64,000 nt of DNA from Mustelus asterias (Eukaryota). Positions 34,401 through 45,411 of this stretch are shown here, in pieces (within the stretch, counting starts at the first letter, position 1; every line of letters starts with the position of its first letter). Under the pieces are notes generated by a model. It was not told the origin of the DNA. It saw only the letters and a program-made list of their open reading frames with translations, and searched no databases. The stretch is from contig NC_135825.1 in assembly GCF_964213995.1 (NCBI RefSeq), forward strand, positions 11,842,001 through 11,906,000. Direction: 5' to 3'. The translations under genes and the position numbers were made by a program.

Positions 34401-37400
34401 CTGTGATATTTAACAATATAGCACCAAACCCTGTAATTCTTGCTGATATGAGTCTGATCCATCACACAAGGGAGCCAATCAAACATGTTAAGCTCTGTCA
34501 AGTGATACTATTTTAATATTTGCTGGGAAGTTAACTCTTGTTGTTCATTACTTTGATTATTTGTGGATATTAATTTTAGTGATGTTTAATGCAGTTCATA
34601 GAATCCCTGCAGTACACAAGGAGGCCATTCGGCCCACCAACCACAATCCAACCCAGGTCCTATCCCTGTAACCCACACAATTTATCCTGATTAAGGGGCA
34701 ATTTAGAATGCCCAATCAACCTAACCTGCACTGACTGTGGGAGAAAACCGGAGCACCCGGAAGAAACCCACGCAAACACGGGGAGAATGTGCAAACTCCA
34801 CATAGACAGTGACCCAAGGTCGGAATTGAACCTGGGTCCCTGGTGCTGTGAGACAGAAGTGCTAACCACTGTACTAGCATGCCACCCATAGACAGAGAGA
34901 GAGAGAGAGAGAGGTATGGTGAGCATCCCACATGACATTTGGTCCGATGCCCTAGAGTTAAAGGAATTGTTAGTCTGAACACATTTGAAGTTCTTGGTCA
35001 GAAAGTTATACAGGCCAAAGATTGGGTTTGTGTCACATGAGTCGGATTATCCAAACTCTGCCCTCTAGCTGTGAGACTCTGCATTGAGTCATAGATCATA
35101 GAATCATAGAAACCCTACAGTGCAGAAGGAGGCCATTCGGCCCATCGAGTCTTTACCAACCACAATCCCAGCCAGGCCCTACCCCCACATATTTACCCGC
35201 TAATCCCTCTAATCTATGCATCTCAGGACTCTAGGGGGCAATTTTTAGCCTGGCCAATCAACCTAGCCCGCACATCTTTGGACTGTGGGAGGAAACCGGA
35301 GCACCCGGAGGAAACCCACACAGACACGAGGAGAATGTGCAAACTCCACACAGACAGTGACCCAAGCTGGGAATCGAACCCAGGTCCCTGGAGCTGTGAA
35401 GCAGCAGTGCTAGCCACTGTGCTACCATGCCGCCCCATTGCTGCGGAGCCTCAGGATATCGGAGCTGTCAATGTTTCCTCGCGGATAAAACATGGAGAAA
35501 CATTTCAATGGAGAATAATAAAGAAAATCATTGAGAAATGTACCATCAATTATTTGTAGTTGTACAGCAAATAATTCATCGAGTCCAGATTTACCAATTC
35601 CACAGCTGTACCATCTTTCATCGCTTGACTGAAGATTCTCCATAGTAACGACAAATATCCCTTGTGAATTGTTATCTGTGATCGACATTCTCCCTCGATG
35701 TCCACCTGGATCATCCGTTCTCACTAAATATGAGCACCCACGACCTGAACCCTGACACCAATATTTCATATTATTGCTGAACTTCTCTGCATCATAGTGA
35801 CAATTTATTGTGATCGATCTTCCCAAAATTCCTGTTACTTTTTCTTCTGCCCTCAATGCACCTGAAACTGAAGAGACAACATTTCAGAAATTGAACTAGA
35901 AATAACTGCTTAAGACAAACAGATCCATTTTGATAGAAGTTCTCGCTGTGTACTGAGGAAACACTTCACCACATCTTCAAATGCAGTGAAATTCCTTCAA
36001 GTTTTTGATACAAGAAAATATTGCGACTTCTCACAGCCTCAGGATGTGACAAAGCATTTCACAGCCAATGATTCACTTCTGAAACTTTTGGGGTATTTTA
36101 ACTTTCTTGATCCGATGGCAGCAGTGGGTGTTGGGAGGGAAAGGGGAACCTTGAAATCAGGATTGTGTCGCATACCGTGAAGATTAACTTCGTTGCGTGT
36201 GTGCGATGTCACTGACTGATTGACCGTCGTGGCTTCCATTTGGGTGGGAACCTTCTGGAGCAGAGCACAGGACCAAATTGGTCTCCATCCATCCCGCAGA
36301 GCGTGGAATGGGGTTGGGTTGCAGAAGGCCAGGGGGTAGGGGTGGATTTGGAATCTGGTTGGATGTGGGGCTGGAGGCCTTGGAGTTGGGCCAGTGATGA
36401 GTGGCTTTGGGAGAATCGTTGAGTTTTGCGGTGGGCAGGGGGGGTGGAAAATGGAGACCCACTGCTTGAGTTGTGGTGTTGCTGCCTTCATGGCTTCACT
36501 CACCCATGAAGATTAGTTCTTGGCCCGTAATTGTTCATTATTTACATGAATGACCTGGAGGAAGGAACAGAATGTAAGGTTTCCAAATTTGCTGATGATG
36601 TGAAGACAGGTGGAAGGGCAGGTTGTGATGAGGATATTGCGATTCTGCAATGGAATATAGAGAGATTGAGTGACTGGGCAAAAACCAGGCAAAATGGATT
36701 TTAATGTGAGCTGGTGTTGAGGTCATGCATTTCGGTAGGAGGAATCAAAAGGCAAGTTATTACCTAAATGGTGAGAGACTGCAGGGGAGTGAAGTAAAAG
36801 TTTTTAAATGTTATTTATTAGTGTCACAAGTAGACTTACATTCACACCGCAATGTGAAAATCCTCTAGTCACCACACTCTGGCCCCTGTTCGGGTACACT
36901 GAGGGAGAGTTGAGCATGGCCACTGCACCTAACCAGCACGTCTTTCAGACTGTGGGAGAATCATAGAAAGCCTACAGAGCAGAAGGAGGCCATTTACCCC
37001 ATCGAGCCTGCACCGGCAATAATCCCACCCTAATCCCTCTAACATGCACATCCCAGGACACCAAGGCACAATTTCGCATGGCCAATCAACCTAACCTGCA
37101 TATCTTTGGACTGTGGGAGGAAACCGGAGCACCTGGAGGAAACCCACGCAGATACGGGGAGAATTTGCAAACTTCACACAGACAGTGACCCAAGCCAGGA
37201 ATTGAGCCCAGGTCCCTGGCACTGTGATGCAACAGTGCTAATCACTATGCCACTGTGACTTGGGTGTTTGAATTACAAAAAGCTAGCAAGCAGGTCCAAC
37301 AAATAGTTAAGAAGGCAAACAGCATTTTGGCATTTGTTGCAAAGGGGTTGGAGTTCAAAAATAGGAGGTTTTGCTGTAATTGTACAGGGTAGTAATGCAT

Positions 37401-40302
37401 ACAGTTTTGGTCCCTTTACCTTTAAAAAGATATAGTAACCTTGAAGGCAGTCCAAAGGAGATTCACTAAGCTAATTCCTGGGATGAGAGGGTTGTCCATC
37501 AAGGGAGATTAAAGAGTCTGGTTCTGTATTCCTTGGAGTTTAGAAGAGTGAGGGATGACTTTCTTCAAACATATAAGATCCTGAGGAGGCTTGACAGGAT
37601 GGATGGTCAGATGTTTTTATGAGTGGGAGAGATTAGAACAAGGGGACACAGCTACAAAATTAACAGCTGGTCATTTAAAACTGAGGAGCACAGAAATTTC
37701 TTCTTGCAGAGGGTGGTAAACCTTTAGAACCTTTTGCCCCAAAGGGTAGTTGAGGCTGGGTCATTCAAAATATTCAAAGTAGAGTTGTATGAGTATGATA
37801 GATTGAGGAATAGAGGGCTATGGGAAATGGCACAGAAAAGACGTTGATGCAGGCCTAGGTCAGCCATGATCGTATTGAATGGCAGGGCAGGCTTGAAGGG
37901 TCTGGGGGCTTATTCCTGCTTCTATCTCTTGTGTTCTTGTGATGCACTCTCCACCACCCTAGTTATTCGATTCACTAGAACATTGGTCCCAGCTCAGTTC
38001 AGGTGAAGACTGTTCTAACAGTACAGCTCCCACTGGTGCCAATGCCTCATGAATTGTAACCAATTTCTCCCACACCAGTCTTTGAGTCATGCATTCAACT
38101 CTCTAATCTTATTGACACTACACCAATTTACTCATGGCTCAGGTAATAAGATAGAGTTGTTTTTTTAACCTTTGATGACCTGAGCATGTAAATGCTGACA
38201 AATAAATACAATTTTATCCAACTGCAACAACAACTTGAGTTTGAGATTGTTCCCCAATTCATTCATCAATCTGGCAACTTTCAAATCAACTACCATCTTC
38301 TCAACTTTGTTGGTTGTAACCCATACTGCAGGAGGATATGAAAAGGGAAGGGGTCATATTTCTTACAAACAAAGGACGTAGAAAGGAAAAAATAAATACG
38401 TTTCAACAAGGGAGTTTCAGGTCTTGAAGATGCAGTGATGAGCAAGTTCCAGAGGATAGTAATTCTCAGCATCACATGGCAGTCTGTTTAAGAATAGTAA
38501 GATCGGAGAAGTAATTCTCTGGCTGCAGGGATGGTTCAACAAGAAAGGATTTAGATTTATAGCACATTGAACAAGAAATAAAGAACAAAGAAAAGTACAG
38601 CACAGCAACAGGCCATTCTGCCCTCCAAGCCTGTGCCAATCATGATGCCCTAACTGAAAAAATCCTTCTGCCCTGACTCAATCCATATCCCTCTATTTCC
38701 TCCCTATTCATGCACCTATCCAGATGCCTCTTATATGTTGCGAATGTGCCTGTTTCCACGACGTTCCCTGGCAGCGCGTTCCAGGCACCTTCCACTCTCT
38801 GTATGAAAAACGTCCCCCGCAATTTTACTTAAACTTTCCCCCTCTCACCTTGAACCTGTGCCTCCTGGTAATTGACATTTCCTCCCTTGGAAAAAGCCTC
38901 TGACCATCCACCCTGTCTATGCCTCTCATAATTTTAAAGACCTCTATCAGGTCTCCCCTCAGCCTCCGTCTTTCCAGTGAAAACAATGCTAGTTTATTCA
39001 ATCTCTCCTCATAGCCAACACCATCGAGACCAAGCAACATCCTGGTGAATCTTCTTTGCACTCTCTCCAAAGCTTCCACGTCCTTCTGATAAAGTGGTGA
39101 CCAGTCTGATGATGTGGTGGTGACCAGTTCTGGAAGAGGAGCAGCTGCAGAGGATGGGGGGACTTGAACAATTATTAGACCAATGATTCTGCTGGGAGAG
39201 GAACTTGCAGGTGGGGGAATATTTTACACTGAAATGGCACACTAAAAACAAAGGAATGAGACAGAGAGAAGAAAAGGTAAAAAAAAAAGTTTGAAGAGAT
39301 GAGAGAATAGTTCCGTTGAGAAAAAGGAAGTATTGAAAAGAGGAAGATTGTCAATGGACAGATGCACACATCAGTTGAATGTCCAGAAGCACGTAAAATG
39401 TTCTGCATAAAATTGGTAAACTAAAGGTGTTAATTTTATTTGGAGTTTTGATTAAATAGAATTAATAGAGTCAAGATTTAGAGCCTTCTGAGAGTCTAAC
39501 ATTACTGGATAGAACATTTATTCATCACAAGTGCTAGCATTGATCAAAAATTCCACTGCAGTCTTATTTTATAAGATTAATATAGAGTAAGAGGGAAACA
39601 TCAAAAGAGAGTTGTTTAATCTAAATGGGTGAGAAAAAAAATCATCACCCATTGGAAGGGAAATATAGATCAACAATCTACCAGTGTCTTATAAAGCCTT
39701 ATTTTATATGGAGCACTTTAAACAGCAGAAGCAATTGTAAATTCGTGACATGTTCGGTTTGAAGGATGGTTCGCAGTCTAGAACATAGAACAGTACAGCA
39801 CAGGACAGGCCCTTCGGCCCACGATGTTGTGCCGAGCTTTATCTGAAACCAAGATCAAGCTATCCCACTCCCTATCATCCTGGTGTGCTCCATGTGCCTA
39901 TCCAATAATCGCTTAAATGTTCCTAAAGTGTCTGACTTCACGAGACATCACTTTTTACAGATTAAAGCAGATTACCTGATGTTTAGTTAGTTCCTCATCG
40001 AGCTTTTTAAATAACTAAATTAGTTTTCTGTTTAACAATCACAGTTCATAATAAAGTTAACTATATATGAATAAATATCTCTGTGTTACAATAGTATAGT
40101 TGAAAGGGAAACAAGACTTCACACAAATGTCATTCATTTATTCCTGCCCAGATTCTTGTGCCTTTAGAGATCTCCAAGTATTGAAACATCTCTGTCACAT
40201 AACCTGCAGATGAGAGTTAAACTAACACTGATTATCTGGACTAAGCAGCTCTGGCTTTTACTCACCGGGCAAAGAGCAGATGACGAGAATCAAAATCCAC
40301 AT
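10158..40302 (-). CDS. Gene A (multi-exon): inhibitory CD300/pIgR-like (MDIR-like) Ig receptor, leader-IgV-IgC2-stalk-TM-ITIM/ITSM tail, 407 aa
   Basis: join(40302-40266,35867-35544,32016-31699,24418-24325,18718-18630,12927-12875,10466-10158) = 1224 nt. All introns are GT-AG, phases 1,1,1,2,1,0 chain without internal stops, from ATG to TAG. Confidence 0.88.
10648..10874. mobile_element. Penelope-derived hairpin element with two opposed hammerhead-like cores
   Basis: 13-bp TSD TGTTATTCTCCTC (10635-10647, 10872-10884); ~85-bp inverted arms. Confidence 0.8.
10735..10770 (-). ncRNA. Minimal type I hammerhead ribozyme motif
   Basis: CAC-CUGAAGA-A-GGAG-cgauu-CUCU-GAAA-GCUC-GUG: conserved core, stem II, palindromic AGCU stem III, CAC/GUG stem I. 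A mirror copy lies at 10790-10822 (+). Confidence 0.6.
11050..12066. mobile_element. GC-rich element with GG..GATCTTA / TAAGAT-GCCCC inverted ends; contains a 28-nt poly-G run
   Basis: Inverted termini. Similar shorter palindromic repeats occur at ~13437-13570, 25588-25735 and 57825-58358. Confidence 0.5.
12394..12733 (+). mobile_element. Second tRNA-derived SINE family (also ~2680-3000 -, 19063-19256 with 22861-23030 +, 40900-41287 -, 57405-57750 +, 63908-64000 +)
   Basis: GGTGG(C/T)G..AGTGGTATTGTCACTG head with a GTTCG B-box; tail GGGATGGGCAATAAATGC.GGCC...CACATCC. Confidence 0.8.
12875..12927 (-). CDS. Gene A exon 6, juxtamembrane cytoplasmic exon
   Basis: aatttttcag|ATACAAAT...AATCGG|gtaagg. 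53 nt supplies the required phase 1 to phase 0 bridge; [18 protein letters not shown]. Confidence 0.75.
14524..14841 (+). mobile_element. HE1-type V-SINE
   Basis: GGGCGGCATGGTGGCACAGTGGTTAGC...GGGATTCTATGA. Confidence 0.88.
16270..17405 (+). mobile_element. Degenerate retrovirus-like or LTR-element pol remnant (RNase H end, integrase Zn-finger, GPY/F region, acidic extension)
   Basis: IIKAKAHH...[12 protein letters not shown]; CHDFQGH*G; YKVGQQVML...[11 protein letters not shown]...YHVNQMKAY. Multiple stops; the integrase core is deleted. Confidence 0.75.
18630..18718 (-). CDS. Gene A exon 5, uncharged transmembrane segment
   Basis: ctctgtatcacag|TCTGACT...AACAAGG|gtgag, 89 nt. [30 protein letters not shown]. 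Confidence 0.9.
19257..22860 (+). mobile_element. CR1/HER1-type LINE, 5'-truncated, with disrupted ORF1 (SGNH esterase-like) and ORF2 (APE endonuclease + RT)
   Basis: ORF1 [10 protein letters not shown]...HIGTND...DGVHLN. ORF2 [37 protein letters not shown]. Stop at 21148-21150 plus frameshifts. (TTCTATG)n tail; GTTCA at both ends. Confidence 0.95.
24325..24418 (-). CDS. Gene A exon 4, Ser/Thr-rich stalk
   Basis: cttaacag|GACCTGAA...ACAAG|gtac, 94 nt. [31 protein letters not shown]; homologous to 51233-51329, including flanking intron. Confidence 0.85.
25784..25957. mobile_element. Tc1/mariner (Tigger/pogo-like) MITE
   Basis: ~23-bp imperfect TIR CAGTGGAGCCC...TTACGCG, TA on the right flank, CpG-rich. 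Confidence 0.7.
26161..28230 (+). mobile_element. Rex1/Babar-like LINE, 5'-truncated, frameshifted RT
   Basis: [45 protein letters not shown]; (AAATC)n tail. Confidence 0.85.
28410..29565 (+). mobile_element. CR1/HER1 LINE 3' fragment
   Basis: [23 protein letters not shown]; tail GGGCC-AAGGGCCTGTT...(TTCTTTG)n. Interrupted at 28643-28747. Confidence 0.9.
28643..28747. mobile_element. Penelope-derived hairpin element inserted in CR1
   Basis: 14-bp TSD CAGATGGAGTTTAA (28629-28642, 28748-28761). Confidence 0.8.
29850..30526 (+). mobile_element. Nested pair of HE1 SINEs (inner copy ~30085-30425)
   Basis: Two heads in series followed by two tails. Confidence 0.85.
31699..32016 (-). CDS. Gene A exon 3, IgC2 (FCRL/PECAM-like) domain
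   Basis: cccacag|AACCTGTT...AGCATTG|gtaagt, 318 nt. [27 protein letters not shown]...YKWY...QYYCTASN...SSEMVTVSV. Confidence 0.93.
32315..32545 (-). mobile_element. Third tRNA-like SINE family (also ~50750-50968 +, 55370-55580 +, 61871-62081 +)
   Basis: Shared GGTTCAATTCCCGTAC.GGCTGA.GTTAT.CATG...CTCAACCTTG.CCCTC.CCTGAGGTGTGGTG block. Confidence 0.7.
32798..33101 (-). mobile_element. HE1-type V-SINE
   Basis: Reverse-complement match to the other copies. Confidence 0.85.
33527..33842 (+). mobile_element. HE1-type V-SINE
   Basis: Match to the other copies. Confidence 0.85.
34597..34888 (-). mobile_element. HE1-type V-SINE
   Basis: Reverse-complement match; adjacent (GA)n at ~34894-34913. 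Confidence 0.82.
35089..35436 (-). mobile_element. HE1-type V-SINE
   Basis: Reverse-complement match with (TTCTATGA)n tail. Confidence 0.88.
35544..35867 (-). CDS. Gene A exon 2, CD300/pIgR-type IgV domain
   Basis: ctcttcag|TTTCAGGTGCA...ATTGATG|gtac, 324 nt. [25 protein letters not shown]...[11 protein letters not shown]...RMSITDN...[20 protein letters not shown], with the extra KYWC-x6-C cysteine pair. Confidence 0.93.
36530..37940 (+). mobile_element. Old CR1 fragment interrupted by two SINEs (~36800-37256)
   Basis: SKFADD-like codons at ~36580, CR1 3' end at ~37860-37940. Confidence 0.7.
38575..39105 (-). mobile_element. CR1/HER1 3' fragment
   Basis: [14 protein letters not shown]...[18 protein letters not shown]. 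Confidence 0.85.
39778..39940 (-). mobile_element. Short young HER1 3' end
   Basis: Nearly identical to the reverse complement of 22700-22860. Confidence 0.85.
40266..40302 (-). CDS. Gene A exon 1, signal peptide [12 protein letters not shown]
   Basis: ATG TGG ATT TTG ATT CTC GTC ATC TGC TCT TTG CCC G|gtgag. A hydrophobic 37-nt phase-1 leader exon typical of IgSF genes. Confidence 0.85.
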
Positions 40303-41289
40303 CGTTTTGTTGGAGATCAGATCAATGCTTGTCGTCAGTCGCCCAGCTCTTGTGTCTCATGTTGAAATAAATCTCAGGAATAAATGGGCAAAGAATTAGA
40401 AGAGGAAGGACATAGCAGGAAATTAAATGACAGTAAACTGTCTGATGAAATAAGGACATCAGAAGGAGAAGCAGGAATCGCCCATTCTGCCCCCTCGAAC
40501 CTGGTCAATACAATCATTGTTCATCATTTTCCTTACCCCCAGTTTTCTGTCCTCTTCCCAAACCCCTTGACAACCTGTGAGGCTAAAGCTCTGTCCGTCT
40601 CACCCTTAAGTATTGTCGGGGTTAATCATCACTTTTTTTGAGGCAGACACATTGCAAAAGAAAAATAACACAGGAAACAGAAAAGGGAAACAGAGAAACA
40701 GATGGAGAGTCCACAGTGTTCTGAGGTGGAGAATATCGAAAGACTCACATCCCTTTGAGTGAAATAACTTCCCATTTCATTTCTAAATGATTGGTCCCTT
40801 ATTGTAACTCTGTGCTCCATCAGTCCCTTAAGTCTCTTCAGAATCCAATAGGTTTCAATCAGGTCACTCCTTGTCACTTCTAAACTCCAGAGAGTATTTT
40901 TTTCTTTATTCATTGATGGGACGTGGGTGTCGCTGGCTGGGCCAGCATTCATTGTCTCCCTCATCACCCTTAAACTGAGTGGCTGACTAGGCCATTTCAG
41001 AGAGCATTGAAGTGTCAACTACATCTCTGTGGGTCTGGAGTCACTTCTAGGCCAGACGAAGTAAGAAGGGCAGATTCCTTTCCCGACAGGACATTAGTGA
41101 ACCAGATGGGTTTTTATGACAATTGACAAAAGTTTCATGGTCATCATTCGATTTTTAATTCCATATTTTTATTGCCATCAAATTTCACAATCTGCCAATG
41201 GTGGGATTTGAATCCGGGTCCCGAGAGCATTAGCAATGGCCCTGGTTCTCCGCATCACCAGTTCAATGACAATACGACTACGCCACATA

Positions 41290-41810
41290 GGCCCAATTTA
41301 CTTCACCTGTCAGCTTCGGATAACCCTCCAATCTCAGGAACCCAGCCAGTGAATATTTCCCGCACCACCTCCAACGCAAGTATGTCCCTCCTTCAATATG
41401 GAGAGTAAAGCTACACACAGCATTGAAGGCGTGATCTCAACAAAGCACTGTTCACTTCTAACAAGATTCTTATTCTCCAATTCCCTTGCAATGAGTTGCC
41501 TTCCGAATTGCTTGCTGAATTTTTATGCGGACTTCTCTGTTCCTCGTATGAGTACACCGCGTTTCTCTGAACACCAATATCATCAATTTTATGCCTTTTA
41601 AAAAATATTCTGCTTTTCCATTCTTATTACCAAAGCAAATAACGTCACACAACTCCACTTCATTCTTCATCTGCCACATTGTTTTCCACTCAGTTATTCT
41701 GTCTTTATCTTTTTGCAGCACATTTGTGACCTCTTCACATTTGATATTCCCACCTAGATTTGCATCATCAGAAGCCTTAGATATATTATTCTCTGTCTGC
41801 TCCTTATCCA
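41290..41810 (-). mobile_element. Old CR1 RT fragment
   Basis: ISKASDDANLGG...LQKDKDRITEW, a degenerate FADD region. Confidence 0.65.
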
Positions 41811-41969
41811 ACCCAAGGCCGGAATTGAACCTGGGTCCCTGGTACTGTGAGGCAGCAGTGCTAACAACTGTGCCACCACGCTGATACGTGATCTCAGACT
41901 TTTGTGTCTTTTTTCTAATGGAAGAAGGTGGAAGAAAATATATTCGGTGTGCGTGGGGTCCTTTATTAT

Positions 41970-42291
41970 CATCATAGAAACCCTACAGTGCAGAAGGAGG
42001 CCATTCGGCCCATCGAGTCTGCACCGACCACAATCCCACCCAGGCCCTACCCCCACATATTTTGCTCACTGATCCCTCTAACCTACGCATCCCAGGACTC
42101 TAAGGGGCAATTTTTAACCTGGCCAATCAACCTAACCCGCACATCTTTGGACTGTGGGAGGAAACCGGAGCACCCGGAGGAAACCCACGCAGACCCGAGG
42201 AGAATGTGCAAACTCCACACGGACAGTGACCCGAGCCGGGAACCGAACCCGGGACCCTGGAGCTGTGAAGCAGCAGTGCTAACCACTGTGC
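41970..42291 (-). mobile_element. HE1-type V-SINE
   Basis: Reverse-complement match to the other copies. Confidence 0.88.
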
Positions 42292-42580
42292 TGGCTGCTT
42301 TTCAGAGACAGTGGGAAGTGTAGACAGAGTCAATGAATGGGAGATGGTTTGTGTGATGGACTGGGCTATGATCACAACCCTTTGTAGTTTCTTGTGGTCT
42401 TGGTCAGAGCAAGAGTCATACCAAGCTCTGATGCATCTGGATAGTATGCTTTCTATGTTGCATCTGGGAAAATTGGTGAGTGTTGTCGTGGACATGCTGA
42501 ATTTCCTTAGCCTTTTGAGAAAGTAAAGACGTTAGTGTGCTTCCTTAACTATAGCATCGGCGTGGAGGGGCCAGGACAGG
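42292..42580 (-). mobile_element. Rex1/Babar-like LINE fragment
   Basis: MSTTTLTNFPRCNIESILSRCIRAWYDSCS, homologous to 27700-27900. Confidence 0.75.
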
Positions 42581-43320
42581 AAAGTGAAATAGAGTTAACG
42601 TTTCAAGTCGATATGATGTTTCTACTTGTTTAGAAGCTGCAAACACAATGAGAATCAAACAGCTTTGGCTGTTGCCTGTGTTTGGGATTGCTCAATGTTA
42701 TGTGCCCGTGTGCAGGCCTTTCGCAAACTTCTGTAATGTCCATTGGTCAGTAGTTGGCAGCAATTTCATTGGGAGCCGAAAAATCTGCAGAACAGTTCCC
42801 GGAAGTTATGTAAATCTTGAGCTCTGCAGGATCCAAAGATGTGCGGGTTAGGTTGATTGGCCATTGAAAAATTGCCCCTTAGTGTCCTGAGATGCGTAGA
42901 TTAGAGGGATTAGTGGGTGAAATATGTAGGGATATGGGGATAGGGCCTGGGTGGGATTGTGGTCGATGCAGACTCGATGGGCCGAATGGCCTCTTTCTGT
43001 ACTGTAGGGTTTCTATGATTCTTTCTATGATTCTATGATGATCGATAACTTTACTGACAACACAGTTTAACTGCTGACAGCTTCTTCAATGCTTTTGGAA
43101 GAACATCACTTAGATCAATTAAAAATTCTTTACAATATCCTTGGTATTGTTAGATTGATATAAAGTACTTAATGAATCTTCAAGAGATACCTGAAACAGA
43201 AAGCTAACTGGAACACATCTTACTGATCTGGATTACACCATCTACACACTGTATCAAAGAACAAATCATGCTATGTTGCATCATTTCCTGTGATGATGTA
43301 CACAGTATATGGTTAACATG

Positions 43321-43392
43321 TTTAGCAGTGTAGTAGCGCCACTCACAGAACTCTTAAAGAAGAACAAGCACTTTATCTGGACGGAGGATTGT
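43321..43392 (+). mobile_element. Gypsy RT-thumb fragment
   Basis: FSSVVAPLTELLKKNKHFIWTEDC. Confidence 0.6.
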
Positions 43393-43656
43393 TAAACAAT
43401 TAGAATTAAGCCATTAACAACACAATTGCCAGGATTCTCCCAAATAAGTCCCCAATTTGCAGAAAAATGGGAGTAAATCCCGCTGGTTTTTTTCACAATA
43501 ACTTCATTGCAGTGTAAGCCTCCTTGTGACACTAATAAATAATCTTAAAACTTCCTTCCGTTGCTCATCAACCATTGAAATATTTGAGGAGTCATTGGAA
43601 TTAGGCTAAAATGTGTTCATTTAAAATGGAACATTCAATCGCAGCGTCCTTTACAC

Positions 43657-44129
43657 CAGTGGTTCTCAGCCAGTGTGCTGTGAAGAATCCCCAAGTGTGC
43701 CATGAAAAAAATATTCAACATTCATTTTATTAAATTAAAGCTGACCTTCGTCTTCAGTCTGTGGTCAGCATCTCCAAACCTGATGAATCTGGGCCTCCTG
43801 CGCGTGTGCCGACTGGGAAAGAGCTGCACATGCGCGGTTTAGATTTTTATGTTGGTCAGGCCCACGCCAATGACCAACGGGATTTGGAGCTGCAGACAAA
43901 GACCTCCCATGTGCCCGCACAATAAGCAAAAACTCAAAAAAGATGCAAAAATTCCCTGGAAGAAGCGATAGGGACAGGGAGAGGATAAAAAAAACACAGG
44001 CAAGCGGACAGGTAGAGGTTAAAAGCTAAGTTCCCAGTAAGGGAGAAAGACAGAGAATATAGCAGATGCACCGCAAAATATTGTCTTGTATAGAGGTGCG
44101 CGATGAGATATAAAAGTTGGGAACCACTG
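43657..44129. mobile_element. hAT (Charlie-like) non-autonomous element
   Basis: TIR CAGTGGTTC(T/C)CA; 8-bp flanks CTTTACAC / CCATACAC. Confidence 0.7.
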
Positions 44130-45324
44130 CCATACACTGTTGCAATCCCAGCTGATGTTACTACTGGACAAGTCAGACCCCAGTTTGATAGATCATAATT
44201 TTTATTTTATGTTTAGATACATGGAAGGCAGCGACTGAACAGAGTCACAGGAGTCAGCTGATGAACTTTTAACCAAAAGAATAAAACATTTATTAAACAA
44301 GAAAAGATGAACTATTTTACACTACTCCTTCACTCCAACTTTACTTCAAGGATACAGACAGGTTCATATAGATAACACACATTACAAAACTATCCTTTAG
44401 CAAAATAAAATCATGATAACATTGGATGCGCTAAAATAAAGAAAAACTCAATCTTATTTACACCAGTGGGTCTCCCTGTCTTCTACCGTTAGAAAGGTCC
44501 ATTCTTCCATCTCAAATCAATGCACAATTTACTGTTGAGAAACTGGTTTCCATTGAGTGAATAACTCAAGTGTCCAATTTCTTACAGAATATTGTTCATG
44601 CGTTTGTGATATTCACAAGCTTAAAAATTAACGCAAAATATATGACAAAAAAGGGAAACAAGAAATCACCTGGTGCAGACAGAAAGAGGGTAAACAGATA
44701 AATTATTCCCAAGATGGAGACAGAGTGACACCAACTAGAAAGTTCCAACCATCATTTTGGATCTTGATTCTTCCTGCAGTAACTTCACGGTCAAAATAAT
44801 TTGATGACAAAATCCACTTTATTGGGTACCATTGGTTAAAATTAATGTTCAAAGCCGGCTGAATAATGAATCTTTGATCAGGAGACAAAATTCCATCAAC
44901 GTAGATGTGAGCTGGGAATCTTCATTTTCCCACATTGGTCGCATTGGGAGCATCGGATTCACTGAGTGACTGGAAAAGAAAATATTTCATGCGTCAGATT
45001 TAAATGCGACAGAGAATAACGCACCATGTTCCATGTCAGTTCTGAACATGGTGTTGGAACTGGCAGAAAATTGAGTCGAAGTTTGTGAGGAACTGGAGCG
45101 ATGTTGCGATCACACTGCTCCCACCACCCCCATCACCCATTGCATTGGTGCTGGGAAAAGGTGCCAGTTATATACCCCCTTGAGGATGTGTGCCGCCATT
45201 TTCTCAAAGGGAACTAATGCTTCCCTGCAGCTGTTGCACAAATGTCAGCAAAAATAACACTGACACGGCAGTTTAATTAAATATATTCCACACCATCCAG
45301 TCAAGCTTCCCGGTAACTATAGCA

Positions 45325-45411
45325 TCACTGTCTGTGTCGGAGATAGTTGGTGTTCGAGTGGATCAATTTTAGTCCCCGTATTCTGTTTTGAAACCAATTG
45401 TCTCTGGTGTC
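45325..45411 (-). CDS. Gene B candidate terminal exon (short tail, no ITIM)
   Basis: actttattgtag|GACACC... in phase 0 gives DTRDNWFQNRIRGLKLIHSNTNYLRHRQ*. Supported only by the acceptor, phase and non-repeat context. Confidence 0.4.
   Translation of the reverse strand, partial: DTRDNWFQNRIRGLKLIHSNTNYLRHRQ

Noticed and set aside
10158-40302. Naming gene A as PIGR or a specific CD300 gene
   Set aside because: The V+C2 architecture and tail match neither, and orthology needs a phylogeny, so no symbol was given.
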